Origin: Eledone cirrhosa
Taxonomy: Eukaryota
Direction of reading: 5' to 3'
Length of the DNA: 64,000 bases
Assembly: GCA_964016885.1 (NCBI GenBank)
Contig: OZ024741.1
Coordinates: 301,692,001 to 301,756,000 of the forward strand
Shown: positions 12,848 through 26,756 of the stretch, piece after piece
How positions within the stretch are numbered: position 1 is the first letter of the stretch
Layout: each line of letters starts with the position of its first letter
The notes under the pieces: generated by a model
The model's database searches: none
What the model was told of the DNA's origin: nothing
What the model saw: only the letters and a program-made list of their open reading frames with translations
Program-made: the position numbers and the translations under genes

Positions 12848-13865
12848 TGATGAGCAGAACAAACAAACATTAAACAATCCTTTAAATAAATAAAAAAATA
12901 ATTTAAATATCTACCTGTTCATAATGCTATTACCGGCGGTTTCCATCCACAAAAGATTGGAAATTCGGAGAATTTCCAACGGAAAGTAGATTTCTTCAGA
13001 TAGCTATTTCCATTCTATAGGACATTTGTCCCACGGTCAGCAAATATAATGCTAACTACATATATATATATATATAAGATAAAGAGGCAGATATAGAGAT
13101 TGATATCTCGTATATATATAGAATAAGGAAATTCTAACTGCACCCGACTAACTACTACCTTTCACATTGTAATTTACCCTCCGTTTTACTGTACGGTACT
13201 ATCGTTCAGTATGTAGATAATATAACTGTAACATTAATACCCCCTTTCAAAACTTCTTACTTAAACATCTCTCAGCTTATTATTTACTCACTTCAATCTA
13301 TATTTTTAACTCACCTCAATCCAGATTCTCACTTGAAAAATTTTTTTAATTTTTAATTGTTAATTTTTAATTTCTAATTTTTAATATTTGATTTCTGATT
13401 TTCGATTTTAAATTTTAATTTTTAGTTCTAATTTCCAACTCTCATTCATAACTTCCACTGTGAAACCATGATACCTAGAATGAAGTATATTTTCTCTTGG
13501 AGGTTGATGGTCAATTATACTGTCCATGCTTAATGACAGGTAGTATTGAGACCTATAGATATCACACTCTCCCTTCCCCACTGGCTTTCGACTGACTGCC
13601 ACAGACGGGGTAGGTAGCAGTAAGCTATATTATAGGCCTTAATGGGTCATTGTTTGGCTGAGGGGGGGGGTCTGACTAAGCGAATTTCGTTGAAATCTGC
13701 GGTAGCTAATGGTCAACTTCCTTCGGACTTGCGCCTGCGCAGGCCGGTGGGGATGAATTGGTACTGGCGGGGGAATGGATGAAGAACCCAAGAGAGCACA
13801 CTTCGTGCGTTCCCATGTCGATTCAATTTGGATTGCCTCGGAAACATAACCTTATTATGTAACAA

Positions 13866-13939
13866 GCTGTCTGACGATGTCGCGACACTGGCGCACGGAA
13901 CAGTGTGGCCACTGTCGCCATTGAAATATATATCACATC
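13866..13939 (+). ncRNA. Hammerhead ribozyme (family E, copy 1)
   Basis: gctgt-CTGACGA-...gcgaca/tgtcgc...-GAAA-tatata-TC-acatc. Confidence 0.8.
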
Positions 13940-15190
13940 ATTATTATTACAAGACTTGAACATCTGAAACTACTTCGCTTTTCCTTATTCGATATTTACT
14001 CCGTCACTCCTATGTGGAATGGGTGCGTTGAGTGCTGAATTGGATTGCATCAATGTTTACCCTAAGAATTTAGCTCCAATTAGTTGAGCGATCTATGATG
14101 TAACCGATATGGTGGAGAAGAGAGGAACCATCCACGAGCTACACCCGGAAATTCCCTCTACCATGGGGATGGAAACCCCTGATACTGGACGGACATAATA
14201 ATAACTTTCGGCAGGATAAATACGCGGAAACAAAAACACCGATAAACCCCTATTTTCCTACACCAAATCGCATTTGAACAGAAGCCCCCTCAATTCAATG
14301 TATACATGGACAAATTGACAATCATATTGATCATCTATCTCATTTTGCATATATGTACTCTATGTGTTTTTGCATTTATTCATTAATTGGTTTTTTTCTT
14401 TTGTGTACTTTATATCTGTTTTTTTTTGGGGGGGGGGGGTTCCATGTGATGGAAATTCTAACTATGTACCCAACTAACTACTACGTTTCATACTGTAATT
14501 TACCCTCCGTTCTACTGTACGGTACTATCGTTTAGTATGTAGATAATATAACTGTAACATTAATACCCCTTTCAAAACTTCTTACTTAAACATCTCTCTG
14601 CTTATTATTTACTCACTTCAATCTATATTTTTTTACTCACCTCAATCCAGACTCTCACTTGAAAAATTTTTTTTATTTCTAATTGTTAATTTTTAATTTC
14701 TAATTTTTGATATTTGATTTCTGATTTTCGATTTTAAATTTTAATTTTTAGTTCTAATTTCCAACTCTCATTCATAACTTCCACTGTGAAACCATGATAC
14801 CTAGAATTAAGTATATTTTCTCTTGGAGGTTGATGGTCAATTATACTGTCCATGCTTAATGAGAGGTAGTATTGAGACCTATAGATACTCAGACTCTCCC
14901 ATCCCCACTGGCTTTCGACTGGCTGCCACAGACGGGGTAGGTAGCAGTAAGCTATATATAACAGGCCTGAATGGGTCATTGTTTGTGAGAGGGGGAACTG
15001 ACTAAGCGAATTTCGTTGAAATCTGCGGTAGCTATTGGTCAACTTCCTTCGGACCTGCGCCTGGGCAGGCCGGTGGGGGTGAATTGGTACTCACAGGGGA
15101 ATGGATGAAGAACCCAAGAGCACACACTTCGTCCGTTCCTATGTCATTCAATTTGGATTGCCTCGGAAACATAACCTTATTATGTAACAA

Positions 15191-15264
15191 GCTGTCTGAC
15201 GATGTCGCGACACTGGCGCACGGAACAGTGTGGCAACTGTCGCCATTGAAATATATATCACAGC
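15191..15264 (+). ncRNA. Hammerhead ribozyme (family E, copy 2)
   Basis: gctgt-CTGACGA-tgtcgcgacactggcgcacggaacagtgtggcaactgtcgccatt-GAAA-tatata-TC-acagc, with a perfect stem I. Confidence 0.9.
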
Positions 15265-15391
15265 ATTATTATTACAAGACTTGAACATCTGAAACTACTT
15301 CGCTTTTCCTTATTCGATATTTACTCCGTCACTCCTATGTGGAATGGGTGCGTTGAGTGCTTGAAATGGGTTGCATCAATATTTACCCTAA

Positions 15392-15471
<80 letters not shown>

Positions 15472-15618
15472 ATTAAAATACTGGAGCGTGTTGGAGTTAA
15501 ACACCCTCTTCGTATTATAGAAATGACAGTAAAAGGTATAGCTCAATGTAATTAAACAGAGCCGAAGAATTATGAAAATAAAACAAAGAAGCCTTCAATA
15601 CATCAAAAGTCTTTATTA

Positions 15619-15656
15619 GCCAACAATGTTTCGTCCTATTAAGGACTCATCAGGGC
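15619..15656 (-). ncRNA. Minimal hammerhead ribozyme in a minus-strand PLE 3' UTR (~15468-16440)
   Basis: Reverse complement reads gcc-CTGATGA-gtcc-ttaata-ggac-GAAA-cattg-TT-ggc. Confidence 0.85.
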
Positions 15657-17954
15657 AATCAAAACCACAAGAAGTACTATCGGCCAATACAAGCCGAAAA
15701 CTCCGAAGAATATGGAGTGTACATATACTAAAGTATTGGAAGATTATGGGTAAAAATATATAATAAAAATCACTAAGGAGGTGGATAACATTTTGAACCA
15801 TATTACAAATATAGTCCAAAGCAAAAAAACTAAAGGTGGTTATATAGAGCGGGAATTATAGTACTATATATAATACAATATAATATAATATAATATACTT
15901 GTAACAATATTAAAATTAAAATTAAAATTAAAAGGCACAATATACATATGTATATATGTACGCACACGTACGCACATATACATATACATCAATACACATT
16001 TCCATCATTAACAGCACAAATAAACCTTATTAAGAGTTTAAATATAAATAAGCATAATAGGAATAAAAATAATAATAATACGTATATCTAATATACAGTA
16101 TAACATGAAGTAATGAAATGATTAAAAGTAACACATATAATATATAATAAACTATATAATTATATAATATATAATATAATATAATAGATAATCTCCGGTT
16201 AATTTACACAAACAATATAGATGTCACAATAATACTATAATAATAATATAATAATATATAATATATAATGGCATGTAAGTTAACAAATCAATTCATATAG
16301 AGTTACAGAGTAGGTGAGAAAAAAATATAAATTGTACAATACCCAAAATTATGATGGTACAAAAATATAAACATCTTACATGATATATAAAATTTAACAT
16401 ATCATAATGGTACATAAAATCATCGGTAAGTAATAAGGATCATATATATATATATTTATATTTCAATCTTTATCTGCCTCTTTATCTTATATTTACGCAC
16501 TGTCTACGTGTTTATTTATGTTCGGAAGTTGCATTTATTTTTCTTCCTTTGCCTCGCTCTTGACCGGATCGAACCGGAACTTGGTTTTCGTATACCATTT
16601 CGTGTACCATTCTTTTATAAATATATAGCGTGTAGTCGTTCGATGTATGTTTCTGCATTTAGCCTACGACAACCGTAGGGGACCAATTTGTTGTCGCACA
16701 ATATTTTAGAAATAGTAGCCAAGTGTTCTTGAAATTAATTTCTAACTTCTTTGAAAGAACGTGATAATTTTAATTTCATCATTTATAGTCAATATTTAAA
16801 AGAAAGACAGAGTTATAGCTGATATTGACTATTATTCCTTCTGAGAATTTTATGTTCCTTCATCCAAATATCTATTCACATAACGCCTCTCCGCCATTTT
16901 ATAAAGCAATTAACCTATGTATATCTCTTATCTTACTCTCACGTCTAGGATTTCTTTCTTATAAAGTCTAATAAATCTATCAATTACAATTCCTTTCTCG
17001 CTATTTCCTAGAATAAATAAATATTTATGAGAGGTATTTAATACGTTTCAACCTAGAATAATTGAAATTTAAAAATATCGTGATATGAAAATATTTAATA
17101 CAATTAATCCCAAGGAAGAAATATATCCTTATAAACTTCCGGCTAAATCTTTACCTTAAAATATTCTTATCGGCAGCATTTATTTTCAAGTAACAGTTCA
17201 GAAATATTTTCAATGTTTCCTACTAGTTTATCTAAAATCAATATTTGTCTAAGAACTAACAAACTCTGATAAATTACTCAAAAGTCAGAAATAAAACGAG
17301 GAGTTCAATTATAGAGAGGGAAATCTATATTTTTATAACAACACATTTTAAAACATGAAAATAATTATCATAAATGGAAGAACGGACTTCTTTGAATTTT
17401 AATTACGAAAGAAAATGAATTTAAATATTAGAAAGTAAATAATATCCCGTTACATAGTGCATGGAATTCAATGTTTCTTTTTTATTATTAAAGGCAAAAT
17501 ATATAAGGTAAAATATATAATTTTGTTTATAATAATTAGGAAAGAATTATATTTTCATTTATTACTGAATAATTGTATTTATAGTTAACTTCTAGGTAAT
17601 CGCTCTGACTGCTATGGGTAAACAACAAATATGTCTGAAGTAACACCAGACAGTCTGAGAAGAAAAGACACATTGATAATGTAGTCTAAATCGTAATATT
17701 CCTGACAAAACAGGACGATTCTTTCGATTATATGTCACAATGATCAGGATCATTTAAAATCAATATATCAATAGAAATCAAATTCGATAGAATCGGTAGA
17801 GCATTCAACAAAATACTTTGTGGCGGTATTTAGATAGGAAATCTTGCAAAACAAATATACATATATATATATATATATAATTTGTTGAGTCAGATTTCTT
17901 TTACTCGAGAGCTTCGTCTGTGTTCTAATTGGCTCATTAAATAAGATTATGAAC

Positions 17955-18122
<168 letters not shown>

Positions 18123-18629
18123 GATAGGACAGTGACTGGTCGAAAATAAGAAAAGGTGAGAATGAAAGTAAAAAGGAAGAGAAAAAAGGAGCTGGATAGA
18201 AAGGAGTAGAATAAAAACAGAACTAAATAAATAAATTTGTCATTTATTTTAGCAAAGAATATAGCAGCCTGGGTTAAAGCACACCATAGGAGTTAAAATA
18301 AAAAATAATAACGAAAAGATTAAAGAAAGATATTCGAAGTAAAGGGAAAAGGTAAAAGAGATAAAGGGAAAGTGAGAAAGAAATAGAGATAGATGGGTGA
18401 AACAAACAAGATATAGAAAAGTAAAAGAGGAAATGGGAAAATAAAAATCGATAAATTGTTGGATCTCCGTCGGTTCCAAAGACGAGTGTTCCAGTTTTTC
18501 AAACAGGACAACAGCCTTCATACGAACTTATCACTCAAACTACTGAGCATTCAATAGGTACGTATATCCCTAATAAATGCGTTATATATCAATGTGAGAT
18601 GAAAGAACTCACCAGTTGTTTCCAATAGT

Positions 18630-18720
18630 TACCTTATTTCTCGTAGTTGAAGATGCTTCACCCTCGAAGGCGCAACCCAATTTGGGCAACCAAAATTTTG
18701 AAAAATAATAATAAACCTTA
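18630..18720. mobile_element. Fragment of a Tc1/mariner-pogo-type MITE related to 30336-30490
   Basis: taccttatttctcgtagttgaagatgc...caaccaaaattttgaaaaa resembles the termini of the 30336 element. Confidence 0.45.
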
Positions 18721-18895
18721 AAATAATGTCCCAGCAATTCGGGTCTTGTTACTTGATTTTTTATGATATTTTGTTTATTTACTACTTAAACTAAGTTTAA
18801 TTTATGCACTTCATTGAAATGTTATATACAGGAGTTCAGATTACTGTCTAGCATAGATAGTTAAATAAGGTAGTCAATACTTTAGTAAAGACTAT

Positions 18896-19122
18896 CATAT
18901 GTATTTTATATAGAAATTACTGCTACAGGACTAGAACAGTTTCATTCCAATGACATCGTCAGGAATGTCAGTTAAAATTGATTCTCCCCACATCTCAACA
19001 TCAATCCTAAAGTCTACTTTAAATAACTATTCAAATCGATTTTATCTGACATTTATGACAATTTTGATACGAGTGAAACAGTTCTATTCCTGGAGAAGTA
19101 ATTTCTATATAAAATACATATG
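18896..19122. repeat. Old imperfect palindrome / MITE-like element (~88-bp arms)
   Basis: catatgtattttatatagaaattact...gaacagtttcattc...aatgtcagttaaaattgatt pairs with aatcgattttatctgacattt...gagtgaaacagttc...agtaatttctatataaaatacatatg. Confidence 0.75.
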
Positions 19123-19142
19123 TTTATTCTCTACTAATGTAT

Positions 19143-19337
<195 letters not shown>

Positions 19338-19597
19338 TAAAATGAATTCCAACTTTGTCTGATTTACTCGTTTTATTTACAATCCTTTAAAATTTATAAT
19401 GGTATTAGAATGAAATAGTATGGTAGAATAAGTGTTAATTGAACAAGTACTTTCATGCTTTCGCAATCTTCAGGTTCATAATGTGTGGTGACAGTCAAGT
19501 TTGCAATTTTCAACTGTAATGAGATGGCTAAATTATGTGCCTTATATACAGTGAAGAGTGGCTCCAGAATGCTAAATCTTGCAAAAAAATGTCATTC

Positions 19598-19741
19598 TTT
19601 TAGTCCAGAATTAGCTGTCGAAACGGCTTGAGCTCAGCCATCGGGATCCTACTCGTTCCTATTACCCACTCTACTACCCTAAGTATTGAGTACTTTGGTG
19701 CGTTATGGTCCATCTGGTTCCTTACCACATTTCCTTCGTTA
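19598..19741 (+). mobile_element. Family F PLE pLTR end + tail
   Basis: Near-identical to 46449-46591. Confidence 0.8.
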
Positions 19742-19759
19742 TATATATATGTACATATG

Positions 19760-19807
<48 letters not shown>

Positions 19808-21559
19808 AAGGAGAAAATTGGAAGTGTGTAACACTCCACTTATCAAATAGGCAGTATATGGTTAGCTCAATGTCAGAGGACAGAGCCGTAATACAATTAA
19901 CAACAAAGAGCGCTTAGAACATAGGTATATCTTTAATTGCTAACAGTGTTTCGTCCACACTAGAAGTGGGACTCTTCAGAGCATAAAGAGTAAATACATA
20001 GTATACAAGCATTGACAAAGCCAAAACAGAAGAATATATGTGGGGATACCATAAGTTGGGAGGAGTTTAAAGAGTAAAGTAAAAGGAGTAAAATAAAAGG
20101 AGTAAAATAAGAAGAGTAAAATAAAAATATAGGATTAAGAATAAAAAAAAGAATAAGATTAAGAATAAAAATAAAAATAATAATAAAAATAAAAATAAAA
20201 ATGAAAATAAAAAATAATAAATAATAAAAAATAAAAAATAAAAAATAAAAAATAAGAAATGTTATCACTCACAGTTGGGCAGGGTTACGTTAACATACAG
20301 CTACATACAATTATATGCATAAGCATGAGCACCCGCATGCACCTACACACAAGCACCCGTATGCAACACATACAGTATACACTAATACAAATAACATATC
20401 ATAGACGGATGGGCATAAGTTAAGAGATAGAGATAGATAAAAAATAGATAAGAGGTAGATAAAAAATAGATAAAAAATAGATAAAAAATAGATAAGAAAT
20501 AGATAAAAAATAGATAAAAAATAGATAAAAGATAAAAAATAAGATAAAATAAAATAAAATAAAATAAAATAAAATAAAATAAAATAATATAAAGTAAAGT
20601 AAAATATACACCAGAAGATAAATAAAACAATGCACCAAAAAAAAATGGAGTAAAATATACACCATAAAGGAAGGTGTGGGTAAAGATAAGACTGGCAAAT
20701 GCATAAGCTATCAAGCTATGTTCAACAAGTGATATACGTACAACATATAAAATACACAAAAATATATATACAAGAATATATATAAAAAATATATATAAAA
20801 GAGACGTATATATAAGGATATATATATATATATATACACATATCAGTCCAAGTAATGCATATTTATAAAGATGTAACTGGGGGTAAAAAGATGTAATAAG
20901 GGTAATCAAGATGGTAATTATTAGGGCATGTAATAATAATATTATTATAGAAATCCTAAGGTGACACTAGTGTTGACTCATGGTGATATATGGAATATAT
21001 CAGGACACGAACGCCTTAGGTGTTGCAGTTAGCCACAGTTCAACAATAGAGTGTTCGAATGAGATTTTTTATATCGTGTCCTGATATATTCCATATATCA
21101 CCATGAGTCAACACTAGTGTCACCTTAGGATTTCTATAATAATATTATTATTACATGCCCTAATAATTACCATCTTGATTACCCTTATTACATCTTTTTA
21201 CCCCCAGTTACATCTTTATAAATATGCATTACTTGGACTGATATGTGTATATATATATATATATATATCCTTATATATACGTCTCTTTTATATATATTTT
21301 TTATATATATTCTTGTATATATATTTTTGTGTATTTTATATGTTGTACGTATATCACTTGTTGAACATAGCTTGATAGCTTATGCATTTGCCAGTCTTAT
21401 CTTTACCCACACCTTCCTTTATGGTGTATATTTTACTCCATTTTTTTTTTGGTGCATTGTTTTATTTATCTTCTGGTGTATATTTTACTTTACTTTATAT
21501 TATTTTATTTTATTTTATTTTATTTTATTTTATTTTATTTTATTTTATCTTATCTTATT

Positions 21560-23075
21560 TTTTATTTTTTATCTATTTTTTTATCTATTTTTATCTATTT
21601 CTTATCTATTTTTTATCTACTTTTTATCTATTTTTTATCTGTTTATCTATTTTTTATCTATTCTTATCTATTTTTTTTCTATTTTTTATCTATTTTTTAT
21701 CTATTTTTTTATCCATTTTCTATCTATTTTTATCTATTTTTAATCTATTTTTAATCTATTTTTAATCTATTTTTTATCTATTTTTTTATCTATTTTTTTG
21801 TCTATTTTTATCTATTTTTTATCTATTTTTTATCTATTTTTTATCTATTTTTTATCTATTTTTATCTATTTTTTATCTATTTTTTATCTATTTTTTATCT
21901 ATTTTTTATCTATTTTTTATCTATTTTTTATCTATTTTTTATCTATTTTTTATCTATTTTTATCTATTTTTATCTATTTTTTATCTATTTTTTATCTATT
22001 TTTTATCTATTTTTTATCTATTTTTTATCTATTTTTTATCTATTTTTTATCTATTTTTTATCTATTTTTTATCTATTTTTTATCTATTTTTTATCTATTT
22101 TTTATCTATTTTTTATCTATTTTTTATCTATTTTTTATCTATTTTTTATCTATTTTTTATCTATTTTTTAACTATTTCTATCTCTTAACTTGTGCCCATC
22201 CGTCTATGATACGTTATTTGTATTAGTGTATACTGTATGTGTTGCATACGGGTGCTTGTGTGTAGGTGCATGCGGGTGCTCATGCTTATGCATATAATTG
22301 TATGTAGCTGTATGTTAACGTAACCCTGCCCAACTGTGAGTGATAACATTTCTTATTTTTTATTTTTTATTTATTTCTTATTATTTTTTATTTTTTATTT
22401 TTTATTTTTTATTTTTTATTTTTTATTTTTTATTTTTTATTTTTTATTTTTTATTTTTTATTTTTTATTTTTTATTTTTTATTTTTTATTTTTTATTTTT
22501 TATTTTTTATTTTTTATTTTTTTATTTTTATTTTATTTTTTATTTTTTATTTTTTATTTTTTATTTTTTATTTTTTATTTTTTATTTTTTATTTTTTATT
22601 TTTTATTTTTTATTTTTTATTTATTTTTTATTTTTTATTTTTTATTTTTTATTTTTTATTTTTTATTTTTTATTTTTTATTTTTTATTTTTTATTTTTTA
22701 TTTTTTATTTTTTATTTTTTATTTTTTATTTTTTATTTTATATTTTTTATTTTTTATTTTTTATTTTTTATTTTATATTTTATATTTTTTATTTTTTATT
22801 TTTTATTTATTTTTTATTTTTTATTTTTTATTTTTTATTTTTTATTTTTTATTTTTTATTTTTTATTTTTTATTTTTTATTTTTTATTTATTTTTTATTT
22901 TTTATTTATTTTTTATTTTTTATTTTTTATTTTTTATTTTTTATTTTTTATTTTTTATTTTTTATTTTTTATTTTTTATTTTTTATTTTTTATTTTTTAT
23001 TTTTTATTTTTTATTTTTTATTTTTTATTTTTTATTTTTTATTTTTTATTTTTTATTTTTTATTTTTTATTTTCA
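21560..23075 (+). repeat. (TTTTTTATCTA)n ~21560-22180 and (TTTTTTA)n ~22355-23075 arrays
   Basis: Directly visible. Confidence 0.95.
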
Positions 23076-23293
23076 TTTTTATTTTTATTTTTATTATTAT
23101 TTTTATTTTTATTCTTAATCTTATTCTTTTTTTTATTCTTAATCCTATATTTTTATTTTACTCTTCTTATTTTACTCCTTTTATTTTACTCCTTTTACTT
23201 TACTCTTTAAACTCCTCCCAACTTATGGTATCCCCACATATATTCTTCTGTTTTGGCTTTGTCAATGCTTGTATACTATGTATTTACTCTTTA

Positions 23294-23339
23294 TGCTCTG
23301 AAGAGTCCCACTTCTAGTGTGGACGAAACACTGTTAGCA
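23294..23339 (+). ncRNA. Hammerhead ribozyme (family G); antisense copy at 19938-19983
   Basis: tgct-CTGAAGA-gtcc-cacttctagtgt-ggac-GAAA-cactg-TT-agca. Confidence 0.85.
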
Positions 23340-23410
23340 ATTAAAGATATACCTATGTTCTAAGCGCTCTTTGTTGTTAATTGTATATATATATATATGT
23401 ATATATGTAC

Positions 23411-24221
23411 ATATACTATATTATATTTAGAGATTAAACTCATAGTCGTTTACAATTAATCAGCTCAAAGAAAGAGGCATGCATTTCTGAGCAGTGAAAT
23501 ACAAGTTATATATTAATATATATGATAAACACAAACGTGTTTGTATTGTAAAAGACAAAGTTAGCTAGCATGAAATAAACTAATTAAAGTGAATACAATT
23601 TGTCTGTCTCGATATAAGTCAATAAAGACAAGCTTATATTGGCAAAAGCCGTGATTCCTGGACAAATTTAAATTTCAAAATCCAAACCCACTCTGTAGAT
23701 GAATTTGAACTTCGAAACCCAAATATGTTTCACAACGATGGTACATGAATTGAAAAATAAAGAGAATCGAAATGAAATTGAAATAAAAAGTGGAATATCC
23801 AAATCTTCTGTGCTTATCAACAGGAACCCAGTAAAATTAGTACATTCCACCTTCAAACATTTTGCAGGTCTGATTACACGTAGTGTAGCCAGCTATGCTA
23901 CCCATCCCGTACTCCCGGTGCTAGAAATAACAGCCGTTTATACGGGATTAAAGATCATCTCTACAGTTAAGGAGCAATATACTATATTATATTTAGAGAT
24001 TAAACTCATAGTCGTTTACAATTAATCAGCTCAATGAAAGAGGCATTTCTGAGCAGTGAAATACAAGTTATATATTAATATATATGATAAACACAAACGT
24101 GTTTGTATTGTAAGAGACAAAGTTAGCTAGCATGAAATAAACTAATTAAAGTGAATACAAATTGTCTGTCTCGATATAAGTCAATAAAGACAAGCTTATA
24201 TTGAAAAAGCCGTGATTCCTG
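23411..24221. mobile_element. Non-coding 1.4-mer partial tandem (period 566 bp; ~250-bp direct repeats) in (TA)n
   Basis: 23411-23660 is repeated at 23977-24221. No HHR core was seen. Confidence 0.8.
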
Positions 24222-24289
24222 TATATGTACATATACGTACATATATATGTATATGTACATATATGTACATATATATGTATATATATATA

Positions 24290-25092
<803 letters not shown>

Positions 25093-25109
25093 GATATATA
25101 TATATATAT

Positions 25110-25835
25110 ATGCAGTTCTCTGGCTACAATCAGAGAGATAGAATCAGAGTGTATAGAGGAGCCAGAACCAAATGGGAAAAAATGGTAAATAATGACATAA
25201 ATGGGACCTGCCCCTTGTATAGGAGCAAATTTTGGAATAGAATAGAAAGAACTAGGAACAAGGCCAATAGAATAAACTCATGGTATGATAGCAATAAATA
25301 CCAGAGTGTAATGTTCATCAATACAACCCCTAGAGGCGAACTAGCCTACAAATTTAGAAGGGCCCTAAATAAACATAAACTCAATATTAAGATAGTAGAA
25401 AGACCAGGTACCTCCGTAAAAACACTTATTAGCCAGACATACCCGTTCCAAAGACCCTCATGTATAGATAAGAAATGTATAACCTGTAAAATAAGCCCCC
25501 ATATTAACTGTAAAACTAGAAATGTAGTGTATAGCATAAGATGTACTGAAGGACAATGTAGAAACAAAAATATAGTGTAGACAGCTCGTAGTATAGGGGA
25601 ACGAATAAATGAACACTGGCGAGACCTTCAAGATAATAAAGAATCATCTGTGCTCTACCAACATGCTAAGATAGAGCACAAGGGTAAATTAGAGAACATA
25701 GAAATAAAAATAGAATCCACACACAGAAAAGATGCAATGTTTAGGCAAATTACAGAGGCAGTAAGCATAAAAGAATTACAACCAAAATTAAATAGAAAAT
25801 ATGAGTGGAACAGCAACATCACAACTTACAATTAA
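25110..25835 (+). pseudogene. 5'-truncated PLE RT thumb/linker + GIY-YIG endonuclease (Nematis/Neptune-like lineage)
   Basis: SGY..., PLYRSKFW, MFINTTPRGEL, KIVERPG, CIDKKCITC, CKTRNVVYSIRC, TARSIGERINEH, LYQH..EH, RQITEAVSI, LNRK.EW. The frame is disrupted where YIG is expected. Confidence 0.85.
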
Positions 25836-26051
25836 GGACAAAATGAAAACACACACACACATAGAACAAACAACCAACCAACAACATGTAAATAAATAAA
25901 CAAATAAATAAACAAATAGATCAATGAACACAAACACACACAGACACCCGGATGTGGCGCATGCGCAAACTGAGCACACAACACACACACAGAAACAAAA
26001 TGGCGTAGGACAGAAGAAAGGAAAGGCACAGAAACAAAGAAAGGAATCCCC

Positions 26052-26096
26052 AGTCACTGAAGAGGTCACAGAGTGTGTGACGAAAGGACTATGACT
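26052..26096 (+). ncRNA. Hammerhead ribozyme in the pLTR of the 25110 PLE
   Basis: agtca-CTGAAGA-g-gtcaca/tgtgac-GAAA-ggac-TA-tgact. Confidence 0.75.
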
Positions 26097-26332
26097 ATAT
26101 ATAAACAACTATCTGGTTGTGGAACCAACCAACCAACCAGAAATTTATAAGTTTGTAGATTTGTAAATTTATAAATTTATAAATATATAATAAATTGAAG
26201 TGAAAGCAACTGGTGCGTGTGTTTCTTATTGGCAACATGACCCTCCCAAAGTATAACAATATCGGTTTCAACACACGATTTCAGATAAAGAATCTTGCTA
26301 AACAAATTCAGAAACGAAATATATATATATAT

Positions 26333-26679
26333 ATAAAAGATGAAATCGAAAATGCAACAGGAGTCTTATTTAAAAATATATATATATATTTATTTGGTTC
26401 CTTTACCGGTTTCGCAGTTCTTCTGCTTTTCAAAAGTAGAGTTGAGATGGAGGGTCTGTGGTTTTTCTCACATCTGATGTGAGAAAAACAACAGACTCTC
26501 CATCTCAACTCTACTTTTGAAAAGCAGAAGAACTGCGAAACCGGTAAAGGAACCAAATAAATATATATATATATTTTTAAATAAGACTCCAGTTACATTT
26601 TCGATTTCATCTTTTTTTCTTTATACTTTCACTCGTGTAGGACACCTCGGTTATTTTTCATTTTGTAAAAAAACCTCAC

Positions 26680-26686
<7 letters not shown>
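26333..26686 (+). mobile_element. Fold-back mini-element of Neptune-like family H (centre 26475), with U3-A8 HHRs at 26513-26550 (+) and 26400-26437 (-)
   Basis: Near-perfect palindrome plus tail; matches 49830-50040 and 28444-28808. Confidence 0.9.

Positions 26687-26756
<70 letters not shown>

Larger units (their letters stand above)
13121..15392 (+). mobile_element. Non-coding HHR-bearing partial tandem element, family E (repeats 13127-14066 and 14451-15392; period ~1325 bp)
   Basis: ~940-bp direct repeats each carry an HHR and a GAGTGCT tail. A short inverted stub gaataaggaaa marks the 5' junction, and the flanks are (TA)n. Confidence 0.85.
19808..23385. mobile_element. Long inverted PLE 3' UTR/pLTR insertion, family G (arms ~19890-21011 / 21074-23385; tail 19808-19890 on minus)
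   Basis: The arms are reverse complements apart from satellite expansions. An HHR lies near each outer end. Confidence 0.88.

Noticed and set aside
12910-13050. Possible minus-strand host exon (ATGGAAACC...AACAG|GTAGAT)
   Set aside because: Only a short frame and one splice-like site, with no recognisable protein or partner exons.
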